12,453 nucleotides of DNA, taken from UHGV virus genome UHGV-0283832; one strand, given 5' to 3'. This DNA comes from a virus. Every line of letters starts with the position of its first letter. Within the stretch, counting starts at the first letter, position 1. Position numbers and translations under genes: made by a program. Below, in pieces: positions 6,254 through 12,453 of the stretch. Below the pieces are notes generated by a model. The model saw nothing but the letters and a program-made list of their open reading frames with translations, searched no databases and was not told the DNA's origin.

Positions 6254-6528
6254 GATTCCACCTCTCCGGTTTTAACGTTGATGGTTGTTACCTGTTCCGC
6301 TTCGGCAATCTCCCGCTCTGTCAGCGTGGCAAAATTTGCCGCCGTCGTGGTCATGAATGCGCTTATCAGTTCGGGATGTGCTTTCGCGTATCCTTCCCCC
6401 GCGTGGCGGTCTATCGTTCTGATTGCCACCTTTAAAGCGTGCTCTGTCATGTCTAACGCGCGATATTTCGGTTCTGTTCTGTCTCTGCGTTTTTTGAGTG
6501 ATTTATTAAATTTCCCTGAAGTGTGCAT
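6250..6528 (-). CDS. Hypothetical protein (92 aa) between the iteron origin and ssb
   Basis: ATG with a G-rich Shine-Dalgarno about 14 nt upstream; translationally coupled to ssb. No family recognised. Confidence 0.5.
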   Translation of the reverse strand: MHTSGKFNKSLKKRRDRTEPKYRALDMTEHALKVAIRTIDRHAGEGYAKAHPELISAFMTTTAANFATLTEREIAEAEQVTTINVKTGEVES

Positions 6529-6585
6529 ATTTATTTTTACCCCCTCGTTTAAAAAGTTTTGAGTTGTGCCTCCCCTTGTCTACCT

Positions 6586-6806
6586 TATCTACCTTAGTGG
6601 CCCTCATACCAGTAATGGCGCGGCTTTCAGCGGGGTAGAGTGCTTTTATCCACTATCTACCCCGTGTCTACCTCCCTGTCTGATTCAGGTAAAATCAGGT
6701 AGAGAGGGTAGATAGTGGGTAGACAGTAAAAAAAAGCTATCTACCTAACTTAATGCACTGAATTAAATGTATTTTTCTTTACTCAGGTAGACAGGGTAGA
6801 CAGCAA
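6586..6806. repeat. Iteron-type replication origin (GGTAGACAG family repeats plus AT-rich segment)
   Basis: At least 11 copies of GGTAGA(C/T)AG or its complement CT(G/A)TCTACC in both orientations (for example ~6586, 6597, 6634, 6651, 6665, 6697, 6706, 6717, 6738, 6786, 6795), with tandem GGTAGACAGGGTAGACAG at 6786-6803. AT-rich stretch at ~6727-6780 and a DnaA-box-like TTATCCACT at ~6646-6654. Immediately downstream of the primase gene. Confidence 0.75.
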
Positions 6807-6816
6807 TTACAAAAAA

Positions 6817-8571
6817 TTATAAAAACGCGTCGCACTCGTCTGTTGTTATTGCGTTAGTCTGCGTTACCCCCTTAACTTTCCGCGTAATATATTCATGTCC
6901 GTAAACTTTTGCGGCAGGCTTCATAGCCTTTCCAAAGTCATTTACGTTTAGCGGTTTGCTCCTGCCTGCGTATGCCATAAACGCCAGATAGACGCGGTAA
7001 AGGCTGTTCCTGGTCGTGTACTTCACTGAATCGCCACCGCCCCCCATCATCAGGCCGCGCGCTTCCTCCAGAAAATTCAGGAACTGGCAAAACTCAATAA
7101 CCGGATCCGTCTGTTGCTTTATTGCCAGTGCTTCATCACCGTCACGCTGTTCCAGTAGTAAAGCCCGTGCCTTCTCAGGGGCGGTAAAGTTCGCCAGCAA
7201 TCGGCGGATAATGACAGGGATTTCAGCCGCAATCTTTTCCGGTAGCTCCCTGTCTTTTTCGGCCTCACTGACGATATTGTCGAAACGGAAAATTACGCGA
7301 CGACGTGACACACCTCCGGCCCGTTCGGTGAATATCATCGGATTGTTATTGGTTGCCAGCACCACCGCCCTGATTACCGCCGTAAAACGCTTTTCATATT
7401 TCGGGTTAATTTCCACGGGGTCGCCGCCCGTGATTTTCTTGATGCCCGTTCCTTCGCCTGTATATTTCGGCTGGTCAGCCAGGACGATAAGACGACTCCC
7501 GACAACCTGCGCACGTCCACCAGCATCATCAAGCGATGTCATTTCAGCGCTTACCGTGTTCTGTTTCCCTGCCAGAAGGCTGGCTATGTGCGTGAATGTA
7601 CTTTTACCGCTCCCGCCATCTCCGGTGGCCTCAATAAACATCTGCCAGTCGTACCGGTTCGCCATAATCATGTACAGCGCGGCACATATACGCATCATCT
7701 TGCGCGGGTCTTTTCCGGCTGCGTGCTCAAGCCATTTATGAAAGTTTGGCGCGTTATCGCGGATGTTCTCCCCTGGTGCTGGTGGCGTGTACTCAATGCC
7801 GTTGTGCGTGGTGATCCAGCTCTCCGGCGTGTGCGGGGAAAATTCCCCCGTTTTCAGGTCAAGCGCACCATTGGCGAACGGCAGCAAATCGCCGGACGGC
7901 TCGCCCATTGGTTCGGCAATAACTTTTAACGCTTCCACGGCGTTATTGATTACGCGCTTGCTGAAAGTGGCCCTGTGCTCTGAATAGATCGCCACCATTT
8001 CGCGGCTAAGTTCCATTGTGCTGACCGGACACCATACCCCGCCGCGCCATACGTGAACGATTTCACTTTCAGGATGTACGCAAACGCCATCAAAGCGATC
8101 GGCAAGCAGCTGCGCGCGCTCACTGTCCGCCATCTGCGAAAGTTGCGCCTTTTGCTTTACCGGAAGCTCAATGACCAGACCATCAGAAAGATTCTGGCGC
8201 TCACGGGCCAGATATTCGCGCCAGTTCTCCACCTTCTGACCGTGCATACCCTCAGGATAAAAATTTGCATCCTGTACGCCTGCCGCCGCCAGCTTCTGAC
8301 CAATCGCCTTTATCATTACTGGCGCAAGATATCCGGCCCTGAATATGCGCACGGATTTTCTGCCTTCCGGCACAATTTGCAGCTTATCCAGTTCGGATAA
8401 CTGCTGCTCCCCAAGCCACACAGGAGGCTCATTATCTCCGGCCATACGCGCGTCATGTTCCTGCCATTGTTTTGCGTGTGACCAGGCATCACTACCCGCA
8501 AAAATAATGACTTCTGTTTCTTTGTGTTTTATGCCGCGTGACTGCTGTTTTACGTTCGGTGCCAGTTTCAT
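6817..8571 (-). CDS. Replication initiator: P4-family primase / helicase-type NTPase (pri-rep)
   Basis: 584 aa. Walker A GDGGSGKST (encoded at ~7596-7630) with the surrounding FIEATGDGGSGKSTFTHIASLLAG typical of the phage/plasmid P4-family primase C-terminal NTPase domain. An N-terminal ~300 aa domain precedes it. ATGA overlap with the upstream ORF; followed by the iteron array. Confidence 0.85.
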   Translation of the reverse strand: MKLAPNVKQQSRGIKHKETEVIIFAGSDAWSHAKQWQEHDARMAGDNEPPVWLGEQQLSELDKLQIVPEGRKSVRIFRAGYLAPVMIKAIGQKLAAAGVQDANFYPEGMHGQKVENWREYLARERQNLSDGLVIELPVKQKAQLSQMADSERAQLLADRFDGVCVHPESEIVHVWRGGVWCPVSTMELSREMVAIYSEHRATFSKRVINNAVEALKVIAEPMGEPSGDLLPFANGALDLKTGEFSPHTPESWITTHNGIEYTPPAPGENIRDNAPNFHKWLEHAAGKDPRKMMRICAALYMIMANRYDWQMFIEATGDGGSGKSTFTHIASLLAGKQNTVSAEMTSLDDAGGRAQVVGSRLIVLADQPKYTGEGTGIKKITGGDPVEINPKYEKRFTAVIRAVVLATNNNPMIFTERAGGVSRRRVIFRFDNIVSEAEKDRELPEKIAAEIPVIIRRLLANFTAPEKARALLLEQRDGDEALAIKQQTDPVIEFCQFLNFLEEARGLMMGGGGDSVKYTTRNSLYRVYLAFMAYAGRSKPLNVNDFGKAMKPAAKVYGHEYITRKVKGVTQTNAITTDECDAFL

Positions 8572-8855
8572 TTTTTACCCCCTGCGACCAGCATTTCACG
8601 AATTTTGCGGATATGACTTGCTGCACGTTTCTGATTTACGGCTTTACGATGGCCCACCAGCGTGAAATCACGCCGGAACTGATAAACAGGCATCACGCAG
8701 TCATATTCGTAGCCATCACGGCGGTAAGTGATGCGCCGTTCTGCCACGCCTTTTATCGTTACCGTGCCGCCATAGTTATCCCGGAAAATATCGCCGGGGC
8801 GGATTTCAGGCTGAGAGAAGTCACTGGCAGTAAAGCCAGAATTTTTCTTTTTCAT
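8568..8855 (-). CDS. Hypothetical protein (95 aa), translationally coupled to the primase
   Basis: ATG start with AGGAAA upstream; stop overlaps the primase start (ATGA). No family recognised. Confidence 0.55.
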   Translation of the reverse strand: MKKKNSGFTASDFSQPEIRPGDIFRDNYGGTVTIKGVAERRITYRRDGYEYDCVMPVYQFRRDFTLVGHRKAVNQKRAASHIRKIREMLVAGGKK

Positions 8856-8860
8856 GGTTT

Positions 8861-9061
8861 TTATTTTCCTGTCAGTGATTCAAGTTTTATTCCGGCACGA
8901 ATACAGGCCTCAGAAAAAAAAGCCAGAGAACCAACAACCTCATTATTTCTAAGGCGGCATTGTGATTTCACTTTCCCTTTATCGAGAAATATCAAAACGC
9001 GTCCCGTATAATCTGACGGCACATTAAGAACTACAGGTAAGTGCGCTTCATAATTGTGCAT
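8861..9061 (-). CDS. Hypothetical small protein (66 aa)
   Basis: ATG with GGGGG Shine-Dalgarno about 8 nt upstream. Start lies within the last 14 nt of the upstream 69-aa gene and the stop is 5 nt before the next ATG, consistent with a tightly coupled operon. Could still be spurious. Confidence 0.35.
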   Translation of the reverse strand: MHNYEAHLPVVLNVPSDYTGRVLIFLDKGKVKSQCRLRNNEVVGSLAFFSEACIRAGIKLESLTGK

Positions 9062-9257
9062 GGTGCGCCCCCTGACGAATACGGGCGGCGAATACCATCA
9101 CGCAGCCATCAGGAGATTGCTGACGCGCTTCCTGTTCGCTGGTGGCCTCAATGGTAATCACGCGCGGTTGTGCCGTGCTCAGGGCGATAAAACGCCAGAT
9201 GTATTTATTCAGGTTGTACGAGTCCCGCCCTTGCGGGTGTATGGTATAATTTCTCAT
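9048..9257 (-). CDS. Small protein (69 aa), possibly Icd-like (host cell division inhibitor-like)
   Basis: Internal ATG of the long track ORF 9048-10124, with GAGG Shine-Dalgarno 5 nt upstream. Protein MRNYTIHPQGRDSYNLNKYIWRFIALSTAQPRVITIEATSEQEARQQSPDGCVMVFAARIRQGAHHAQL. The Icd-like call rests on a vague memory of similar small proteins in P4-like islands, so it is weak. Confidence 0.4.
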   Translation of the reverse strand: MRNYTIHPQGRDSYNLNKYIWRFIALSTAQPRVITIEATSEQEARQQSPDGCVMVFAARIRQGAHHAQL

Positions 9258-9346
9258 AGCTGCCTCGATAATCTTGCTATCGTTGGTGGTTAGAAGCCCC
9301 GTTACTGCTCCTACAGTGCGGGGTTTCGTCGTTTCTGCACCTTGCA

Positions 9347-9440
9347 TTAACAAGGTGTAAGTAACTTTATTTATAGGTGGCTTACATGTCAATGCTTTTA
9401 TGTAAGACTTTTTATGTGTATATTGTCTTACACTTTCATT
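9347..9440. promoter_or_regulatory. Divergent promoter/operator region between the replication operon and the plus-strand cassette
   Basis: Palindrome CACCTTG-cattaa-CAAGGTG at ~9347-9366; inverted repeat CTTACAT ... ATGTAAG at ~9391-9417 and a further CTTACA copy at ~9436; TATATT -10-like element at ~9429-9434. Confidence 0.35.
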
Positions 9441-9453
9441 GAGAGGATTACAG

Positions 9454-9759
9454 ATGGCTACAGGTTCAAAAAACGCAAAATCACAATCACTGACAGCTCG
9501 GATCCCGCATGATGTTATTGAAGGCATGGAATCCGTAAAACTGGACGGTGAAAGCAACGCCGGATTCATAGTAACCGCCATGCGCGGTGAAATCGCCCGC
9601 CGCCAGGCAGAAGGAAGCGGAGAAAACCCCCTGATTTCTTCGCTCGATGCACTGGCGCAGGTGGAAAAACTCGGAATCAAAGCCGCCGAGGAGATCGGGC
9701 AGCTCGTCACTGTCGCACGTGAAGAACTCCAGCGCCGCAAGACCAAAGAACCAGAGTAA
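9454..9759 (+). CDS. Ribbon-helix-helix-like small DNA-binding protein (101 aa)
   Basis: ATG at 9454 with GAGAGGA Shine-Dalgarno 6 nt upstream (the track ORF starts earlier at a TTG). The N-terminal segment SLTARIPHDVIEGMESVK fits the strand-helix pattern of RHH (CopG/Arc/ParD-like) proteins; the C-terminal half is helical and charged. The RHH call is pattern-based only. Confidence 0.55.
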   Translation: MATGSKNAKSQSLTARIPHDVIEGMESVKLDGESNAGFIVTAMRGEIARRQAEGSGENPLISSLDALAQVEKLGIKAAEEIGQLVTVAREELQRRKTKEPE

Positions 9760-9816
9760 TCACCATCAGCGCCGTGGTGTAAGGTATTACGGCGCATTGC
9801 TATGCAGGACAACACA

Positions 9817-9990
9817 ATGACCGATAAAGAATTGACCAAAACATTATCACCGGCACGGAAAAGACGGCGCAGAAAGATAGAGCATGAATCAGAAAGATTC
9901 GCGCCATGTGCTTTTGCCCTTGAGCAATTCCTTAAAGAATACAGGGAAAAGCGCTCATTGCAGGTATGGCAACGAACTGAACCAGACTGA
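9817..9990 (+). CDS. Hypothetical highly basic mini-protein (57 aa)
   Basis: ATG at 9817 with AGGA Shine-Dalgarno 7 nt upstream (the track ORF starts at an earlier ATG at 9802 that lacks one). Protein MTDKELTKTLSPARKRRRRKIEHESERFAPCAFALEQFLKEYREKRSLQVWQRTEPD. Followed by a plus-strand terminator. Confidence 0.45.
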   Translation: MTDKELTKTLSPARKRRRRKIEHESERFAPCAFALEQFLKEYREKRSLQVWQRTEPD

Positions 9991-10085
9991 TTGCATTGCC
10001 CACCAGCCTGATAGCGGCTATCATCCCCGTGCTTATGTTTGGGATCATATACACATAAGGCGCAGCGGGTTAATTGTTCAGAAAG

Positions 10086-10112
10086 GCGGCTCCATATCGG
10101 GGCCGCTTTTTT
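10086..10112 (+). terminator. Rho-independent terminator of the plus-strand cassette
   Basis: GC-rich stem (GCGGC ... GCCGC) followed by TTTTTT about 100 nt after the 57-aa ORF stop. Confidence 0.5.
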
Positions 10113-10138
10113 CGTGTTTGTCATATCTGTGATACCCG

Positions 10139-10345
10139 TTAAGCAGCCGTTCCGCGTGCTTCCTGTTCGCGTTCTTTCTGCCAGGCCAACACATCATCCT
10201 CATACCATCCGCGACGGCGTAAACCAACGCGAAAACCCTGCGGAAATTCTCCGGCGTTGATCATGCTTTGCAGCGTGCTGTCTGCCTTGATGTGGATAAT
10301 TTTTTTTACTTCCTGGCGAAAGATAATTTTTCTGATTGCTTCCAT
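10139..10345 (-). CDS. alpA: AlpA-family excisionase / transcriptional regulator
   Basis: 68 aa, ATG with AAGGT Shine-Dalgarno. The C-terminal FPQGFRVGLRRRGWYEDDVLAWQ matches the AlpA/Xis-like winged-helix signature (FP-P-KLG-R--GW---E---W). Confidence 0.8.
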   Translation of the reverse strand: MEAIRKIIFRQEVKKIIHIKADSTLQSMINAGEFPQGFRVGLRRRGWYEDDVLAWQKEREQEARGTAA

Positions 10346-10363
10346 CGTGATTTACCTTGTGAA

Positions 10364-10448
10364 TCCGGTGTATTCCGGTGACAAATACGGTAAATCATCG
10401 GATATGGGTAAAAACAGTTCCCACCGTTTTTAAACGGTATACACCGTT
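10364..10448 (-). promoter_or_regulatory. alpA leader/promoter with CACCGGA direct repeats and ACCGTTT/AAACGGT palindromes
   Basis: On the sense strand, two CACCGGA(A/T) repeats 10 bp apart lie immediately upstream of the alpA Shine-Dalgarno (~10364-10380). Overlapping palindromes ACCGTTT-TT-AAACGGT-ATAC-ACCGTTT lie at ~10423-10448. Confidence 0.35.
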
Positions 10449-10475
10449 TTTATATTGATGATTTGAAATGGAATT

Positions 10476-10500
10476 ATAAAAAAAGCGGCATTTCTGCCGC
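10476..10500 (-). terminator. Rho-independent terminator after the 83-aa ORF
   Basis: Minus strand: GCGGCA-GAAA-TGCCGC followed by a run of T (plus-strand A-run at ~10475-10484). Confidence 0.6.
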
Positions 10501-10511
10501 TTCCAGGATTG

Positions 10512-10763
10512 TTACCGCCATTTTTTGGGCCTGCCTCCGATCTTCATAGATGCCGGACGTACGACCTTATCAATACTTACCGCCAGATTTCTGGAAGCGC
10601 CACGGGATACCAGAAAATCTACTACCTGTTTTTTTGATGGGGCCGTCGTTCTGTCCTCCGGATCGTAGGTTGACCAAAATTCATGCTGAACCATCAGGGC
10701 CAGTTGCAGCCCGTCGCAATTGCATCTGATATTTTTTTGCATCTTAACGGTTTCATGTTTCAC
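10512..10763 (-). CDS. Hypothetical small protein between int and alpA (83 aa from GTG, or 76 aa from the ATG at 10742)
   Basis: Track start is GTG; an in-frame ATG follows 7 codons later. C-terminus KIGGRPKKWR resembles an AT-hook-like GRP motif. Neither start has a strong Shine-Dalgarno. No family recognised. Confidence 0.45.
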   Translation of the reverse strand: MKHETVKMQKNIRCNCDGLQLALMVQHEFWSTYDPEDRTTAPSKKQVVDFLVSRGASRNLAVSIDKVVRPASMKIGGRPKKWR

Positions 10764-10840
10764 GGCCTTGTCGTTAAATTTGATGCAATTATACGACGGT
10801 TTTACATGGTTTTCGTAGTTTTTACTGGTTTTCTGTACAG

Positions 10841-12082
10841 CTACACGGCTCGGATACCCCTTTTACCACTGGCGAGGGTTACGCCCGTCGCCGCAGCCTC
10901 GACAAATTCGCCCCACCAGCGCATCAGCACGATGCGTTTTTCTATGTAGTTGCTCCGGTTGTATGCCCGTCTAACTTCGTTGGTGTCGACGTGGGCAAGT
11001 GCCGCCTCTATTACGTCCGGCTCGAATCCTTCCTCGTTCGCTGCTGTGCTGAATATGGCGCGTAATCCATGAGACACCAGCACGCCAGCGAATCCCATAC
11101 GCCGCAATGCTGCGTTAGCTGTCTGGCTGTTCATCGGCTGCTGTGGGTCTTTCAGACTTGGGAAAACGTAATTGCGGTGGTGGCTGATTGGTTTCATGGC
11201 CTCCAGCACCGCCATAGCCTGACCGGAAAGCGGGATAACGTGATCCCTGCGCATCTTCATGCGTCCGGCAGGTATCGTACATTGCTTCGCGTCCAGGTTG
11301 ATTTCATCCCACCGCGTTGATGACGCTTCGGCGGGACGGGTTACGGTCAGTAACTGCCATTCAATCAGTAATCTGGTCTGCCGTTCTGTTGCCGATACTG
11401 ATAAAGCCTGCATAAGCTCCGGCAGCTGTTCGGGGCGGATTGTTGGCATATGTTTTTTTACAGGTGAGGGAAACGCCTTACGCACATTCATAGCCGGATT
11501 GGCATCAATCAGCCCACTGTTGGCGGCGTAATCCATTACCTCATTAACGCGCTGTAAAACCCGCTTGAGTGTTTCCAGGTTGCCGCGCTCCTTGATGGGT
11601 GTAAGCACTTCAACGAACCTTCGGGCGGTGAGGGTATCTATTGGCGTGTTGCCGATGAACGGGAATACATATTTATCCAGCGAACGCCAGATGTCTTTAA
11701 TCGTGTTGGGGGCCAGATTCTGGCTGATTTTCACCTGGTACCATGCCGCCGCCACATTTTCGAACGTGTTCCCTTGTCTTCGGGCCTCTGTCTCTCTTTT
11801 TTGCCTCTCGTGGTCCTGCGGGTCAGTTCCGGCACTGATTAACGTCCTGTACTCGCTACGGCGTTTTCTGGCATCAGCCAGGGAAACATCTTCAAGCGAT
11901 CCAAAACTCAGCAATATTCTTTTTTTGTCCGATGGTCGGTAGTAGGAAAATCTCCAGAGTTTTGATCCAGACGGTTTGACCAGGAGAAAAAGCCCTCCGC
12001 CGTCCTGCAGGGTGTACTCCTTTTGCGCTGGTCTGGCTGCTTTGATCTGCACTGTGGTTAATGGGTGTGTTTTTCTCGCCAT
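10841..12082 (-). CDS. int: Tyrosine recombinase / integrase, P4-type (with N-terminal arm-binding domain)
   Basis: Track ORF starts at a GTG (12100); the likely start is the ATG 6 codons in (MARKTHPLTTVQIKAARPAQKEYTLQDGGGLFLLVKPSGSKLWRFSYY...), a typical N-terminus for P4-like integrases. Length ~413 aa. Sits adjacent to the tRNA 3' end and arm-type repeats. Confidence 0.9.
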   Translation of the reverse strand: MARKTHPLTTVQIKAARPAQKEYTLQDGGGLFLLVKPSGSKLWRFSYYRPSDKKRILLSFGSLEDVSLADARKRRSEYRTLISAGTDPQDHERQKRETEARRQGNTFENVAAAWYQVKISQNLAPNTIKDIWRSLDKYVFPFIGNTPIDTLTARRFVEVLTPIKERGNLETLKRVLQRVNEVMDYAANSGLIDANPAMNVRKAFPSPVKKHMPTIRPEQLPELMQALSVSATERQTRLLIEWQLLTVTRPAEASSTRWDEINLDAKQCTIPAGRMKMRRDHVIPLSGQAMAVLEAMKPISHHRNYVFPSLKDPQQPMNSQTANAALRRMGFAGVLVSHGLRAIFSTAANEEGFEPDVIEAALAHVDTNEVRRAYNRSNYIEKRIVLMRWWGEFVEAAATGVTLASGKRGIRAV

Positions 12083-12117
12083 ATGTCTATGATTCCACAC
12101 GAAAAAACAGGGGTTTA

Positions 12118-12170
12118 GTTATACGGCTTTAGTTATACGTCAGCCCGTATAACTAAACGTATAACTAAAA
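12118..12170. repeat. Integrase arm-type binding sites (right arm)
   Basis: Two AGTTATACG copies (~12118, ~12131) followed by two inverted CGTATAACTAAA copies (~12146, ~12158). The same 9-mers occur at 1461-1485 in the left arm. Confidence 0.5.
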
Positions 12171-12294
12171 AATCCGGCTGATAGCTTATAAATCCGGTGA
12201 TGTTCGGTGACTAAAAAACATAAAAAAACCCGCCAATCAAGTGATTAGCGGGTTATCCCTGTCTTATCCGGTGCTTTCCGGTGATATCCGGTGG
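12171..12294. repeat. Phased TCCGGTG(A) direct repeats next to the att core (candidate excisionase/AlpA sites)
   Basis: Six copies: ~12171 (variant TCCGGCTGA), ~12193, ~12203 (variant TTCGGTGA), ~12266, ~12277 and ~12287, mostly at 10-11 bp spacing. The same heptamer occurs twice in the alpA leader (~10364-10380). Confidence 0.45.
12222..12254 (-). terminator. Island-supplied terminator downstream of the tRNA
   Basis: Near-palindromic hairpin AACCCGCCAATCAAGTGATTAGCGGGTT preceded on the plus strand by AAAAAAA (a T-run on the minus strand), about 45 nt downstream of the tRNA 3' end. Confidence 0.5.
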
Positions 12295-12300
12295 GCGATT

Positions 12301-12377
12301 TGGTCGGCACGAGAGGATTTGAACCTCCGACCCCCGACACCCCATGACGGTGCGCTACCAGGCTGCGCTACGTGCCG
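12301..12377 (-). tRNA. proL: tRNA-Pro (anticodon GGG)
   Basis: Reverse complement reads CGGCACGTAGCGCAGCCTGGTAGCGCACCGTCATGGGGTGTCGGGGGTCGGAGGTTCAAATCCTCTCGTGCCGACCA: 77 nt, cloverleaf-compatible, anticodon loop T-GGG-GT, encoded CCA. It matches the E. coli proL-type tRNA as I recall it. Confidence 0.9.
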
Positions 12378-12391
12378 ACTCGTGGCTGCTA

Positions 12392-12420
12392 ATACTACCG
12401 TTTTCCACACCGATTGCAAG
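12392..12420 (-). promoter_or_regulatory. Candidate sigma70 promoter of the tRNA gene
   Basis: Minus strand: TTGCAA (-35) - 17 nt - TAGTAT (-10), then a GC-rich discriminator, placing the start site about 8 nt upstream of the mature tRNA 5' end. Confidence 0.45.
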
Positions 12421-12453
12421 TAAGATATTTTGCTAACTGATTTATAATTAATC

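Larger units (their letters stand above)
1400..12315. mobile_element. Integrated phage satellite (PICI / P4-like cos-type island), ~10.9 kb, at tRNA-Pro
   Basis: Bounded by a 14-15 bp direct repeat of the tRNA 3' end (1386-1399 and 12301-12315), with integrase arm-type repeats inside both ends. Contains int, alpA, P4-family primase with iteron origin, ssb, a capsid homolog, a Nu1-like gene and lambda-type cos, but no portal, large terminase, tail or lysis genes. Confidence 0.75.

Noticed and set aside
4951-6562. Plus-strand ORFs 4951-5268, 5460-5717, 5816-6109, 6278-6562 and minus-strand ORF 5483-5698
   Set aside because: Antisense to or overlapping the capsid, PerC-like, SSB and 92-aa genes, or spanning the terminator hairpins; no independent support.
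6586-6806. Possible CRISPR array
   Set aside because: The repeats are only 8-9 bp, occur in both orientations with irregular spacing, and have no spacer structure. They are iterons of a replication origin.
8927-8940. Extra copy of the cosB-like repeat (GGTTGTTGG) upstream of the 95-aa gene
   Set aside because: A single 8/9 match inside a probable coding region, with no partner repeats; most likely coincidence.
7016-9011. Plus-strand ORFs inside or opposite the primase operon (7016-7741, 7588-7929, 7763-7987, 8053-8400, 8345-8665, 8538-9011)
   Set aside because: All are antisense to the strongly supported primase and coupled upstream ORFs, with biased R/S/C-rich composition and no ribosome-binding sites. 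Typical shadow ORFs.
9048-10124. 358-aa minus-strand ORF
   Set aside because: It runs antisense through two plus-strand genes that have good Shine-Dalgarno sequences, and through the divergent promoter. The product is S/C/R-rich and low-complexity. Only its last 69 codons (9048-9257), which have their own ATG and Shine-Dalgarno, are kept as a candidate gene.
10039-11942. Plus-strand ORFs 9884-10132, 10039-10260, 10683-10949, 11069-11320, 11259-11531, 11565-11942
   Set aside because: Antisense to alpA, the small int-proximal ORF and the integrase; the integrase frame is unambiguous.

Overview
This window reads as an enterobacterial chromosomal locus carrying an ~10.9-kb integrated phage satellite (PICI / P4-like island) inserted at the 3' end of a tRNA-Pro(GGG) gene. 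All calls come from reading the sequence and ORF track by eye; no searches or folding were run, and hand-counted coordinates for non-ORF features may be off by 1-2 nt. Left to right: (1) a degraded AIDA-I/Ag43-type autotransporter pseudogene (346-1284) and a bidirectional terminator; (2) the left island junction, a degenerate copy of the tRNA 3' end (1386-1399) with integrase arm-type repeats just inside; (3) an ~850-bp ORF-free arm packed with dyad-symmetric sites and phased direct repeats; (4) a packaging module: two inverted copies of a lambda-type cosQ-cosN site (cosN GGGCGGCGACCT at ~2495-2506 and, reversed, ~3254-3265) bracketing a lambda Nu1-like HTH gene and three non-lambda cosB-like repeats; (5) a minus-strand morphogenesis operon with a lambda gpE-like major capsid protein but no portal, protease, large terminase or tail genes; (6) a minus-strand replication operon (small ORFs, P4-family primase/helicase, iteron origin, SSB, PerC-like regulator); (7) an opposite-strand two-gene cassette (RHH-like protein plus a basic mini-protein); (8) alpA, a small ORF, and a P4-type tyrosine integrase next to the intact tRNA. 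The most unusual observations are the duplicated inverted cos sites, the operator-like array in the left arm, the stand-alone capsid homolog, and the opposite-strand cassette.
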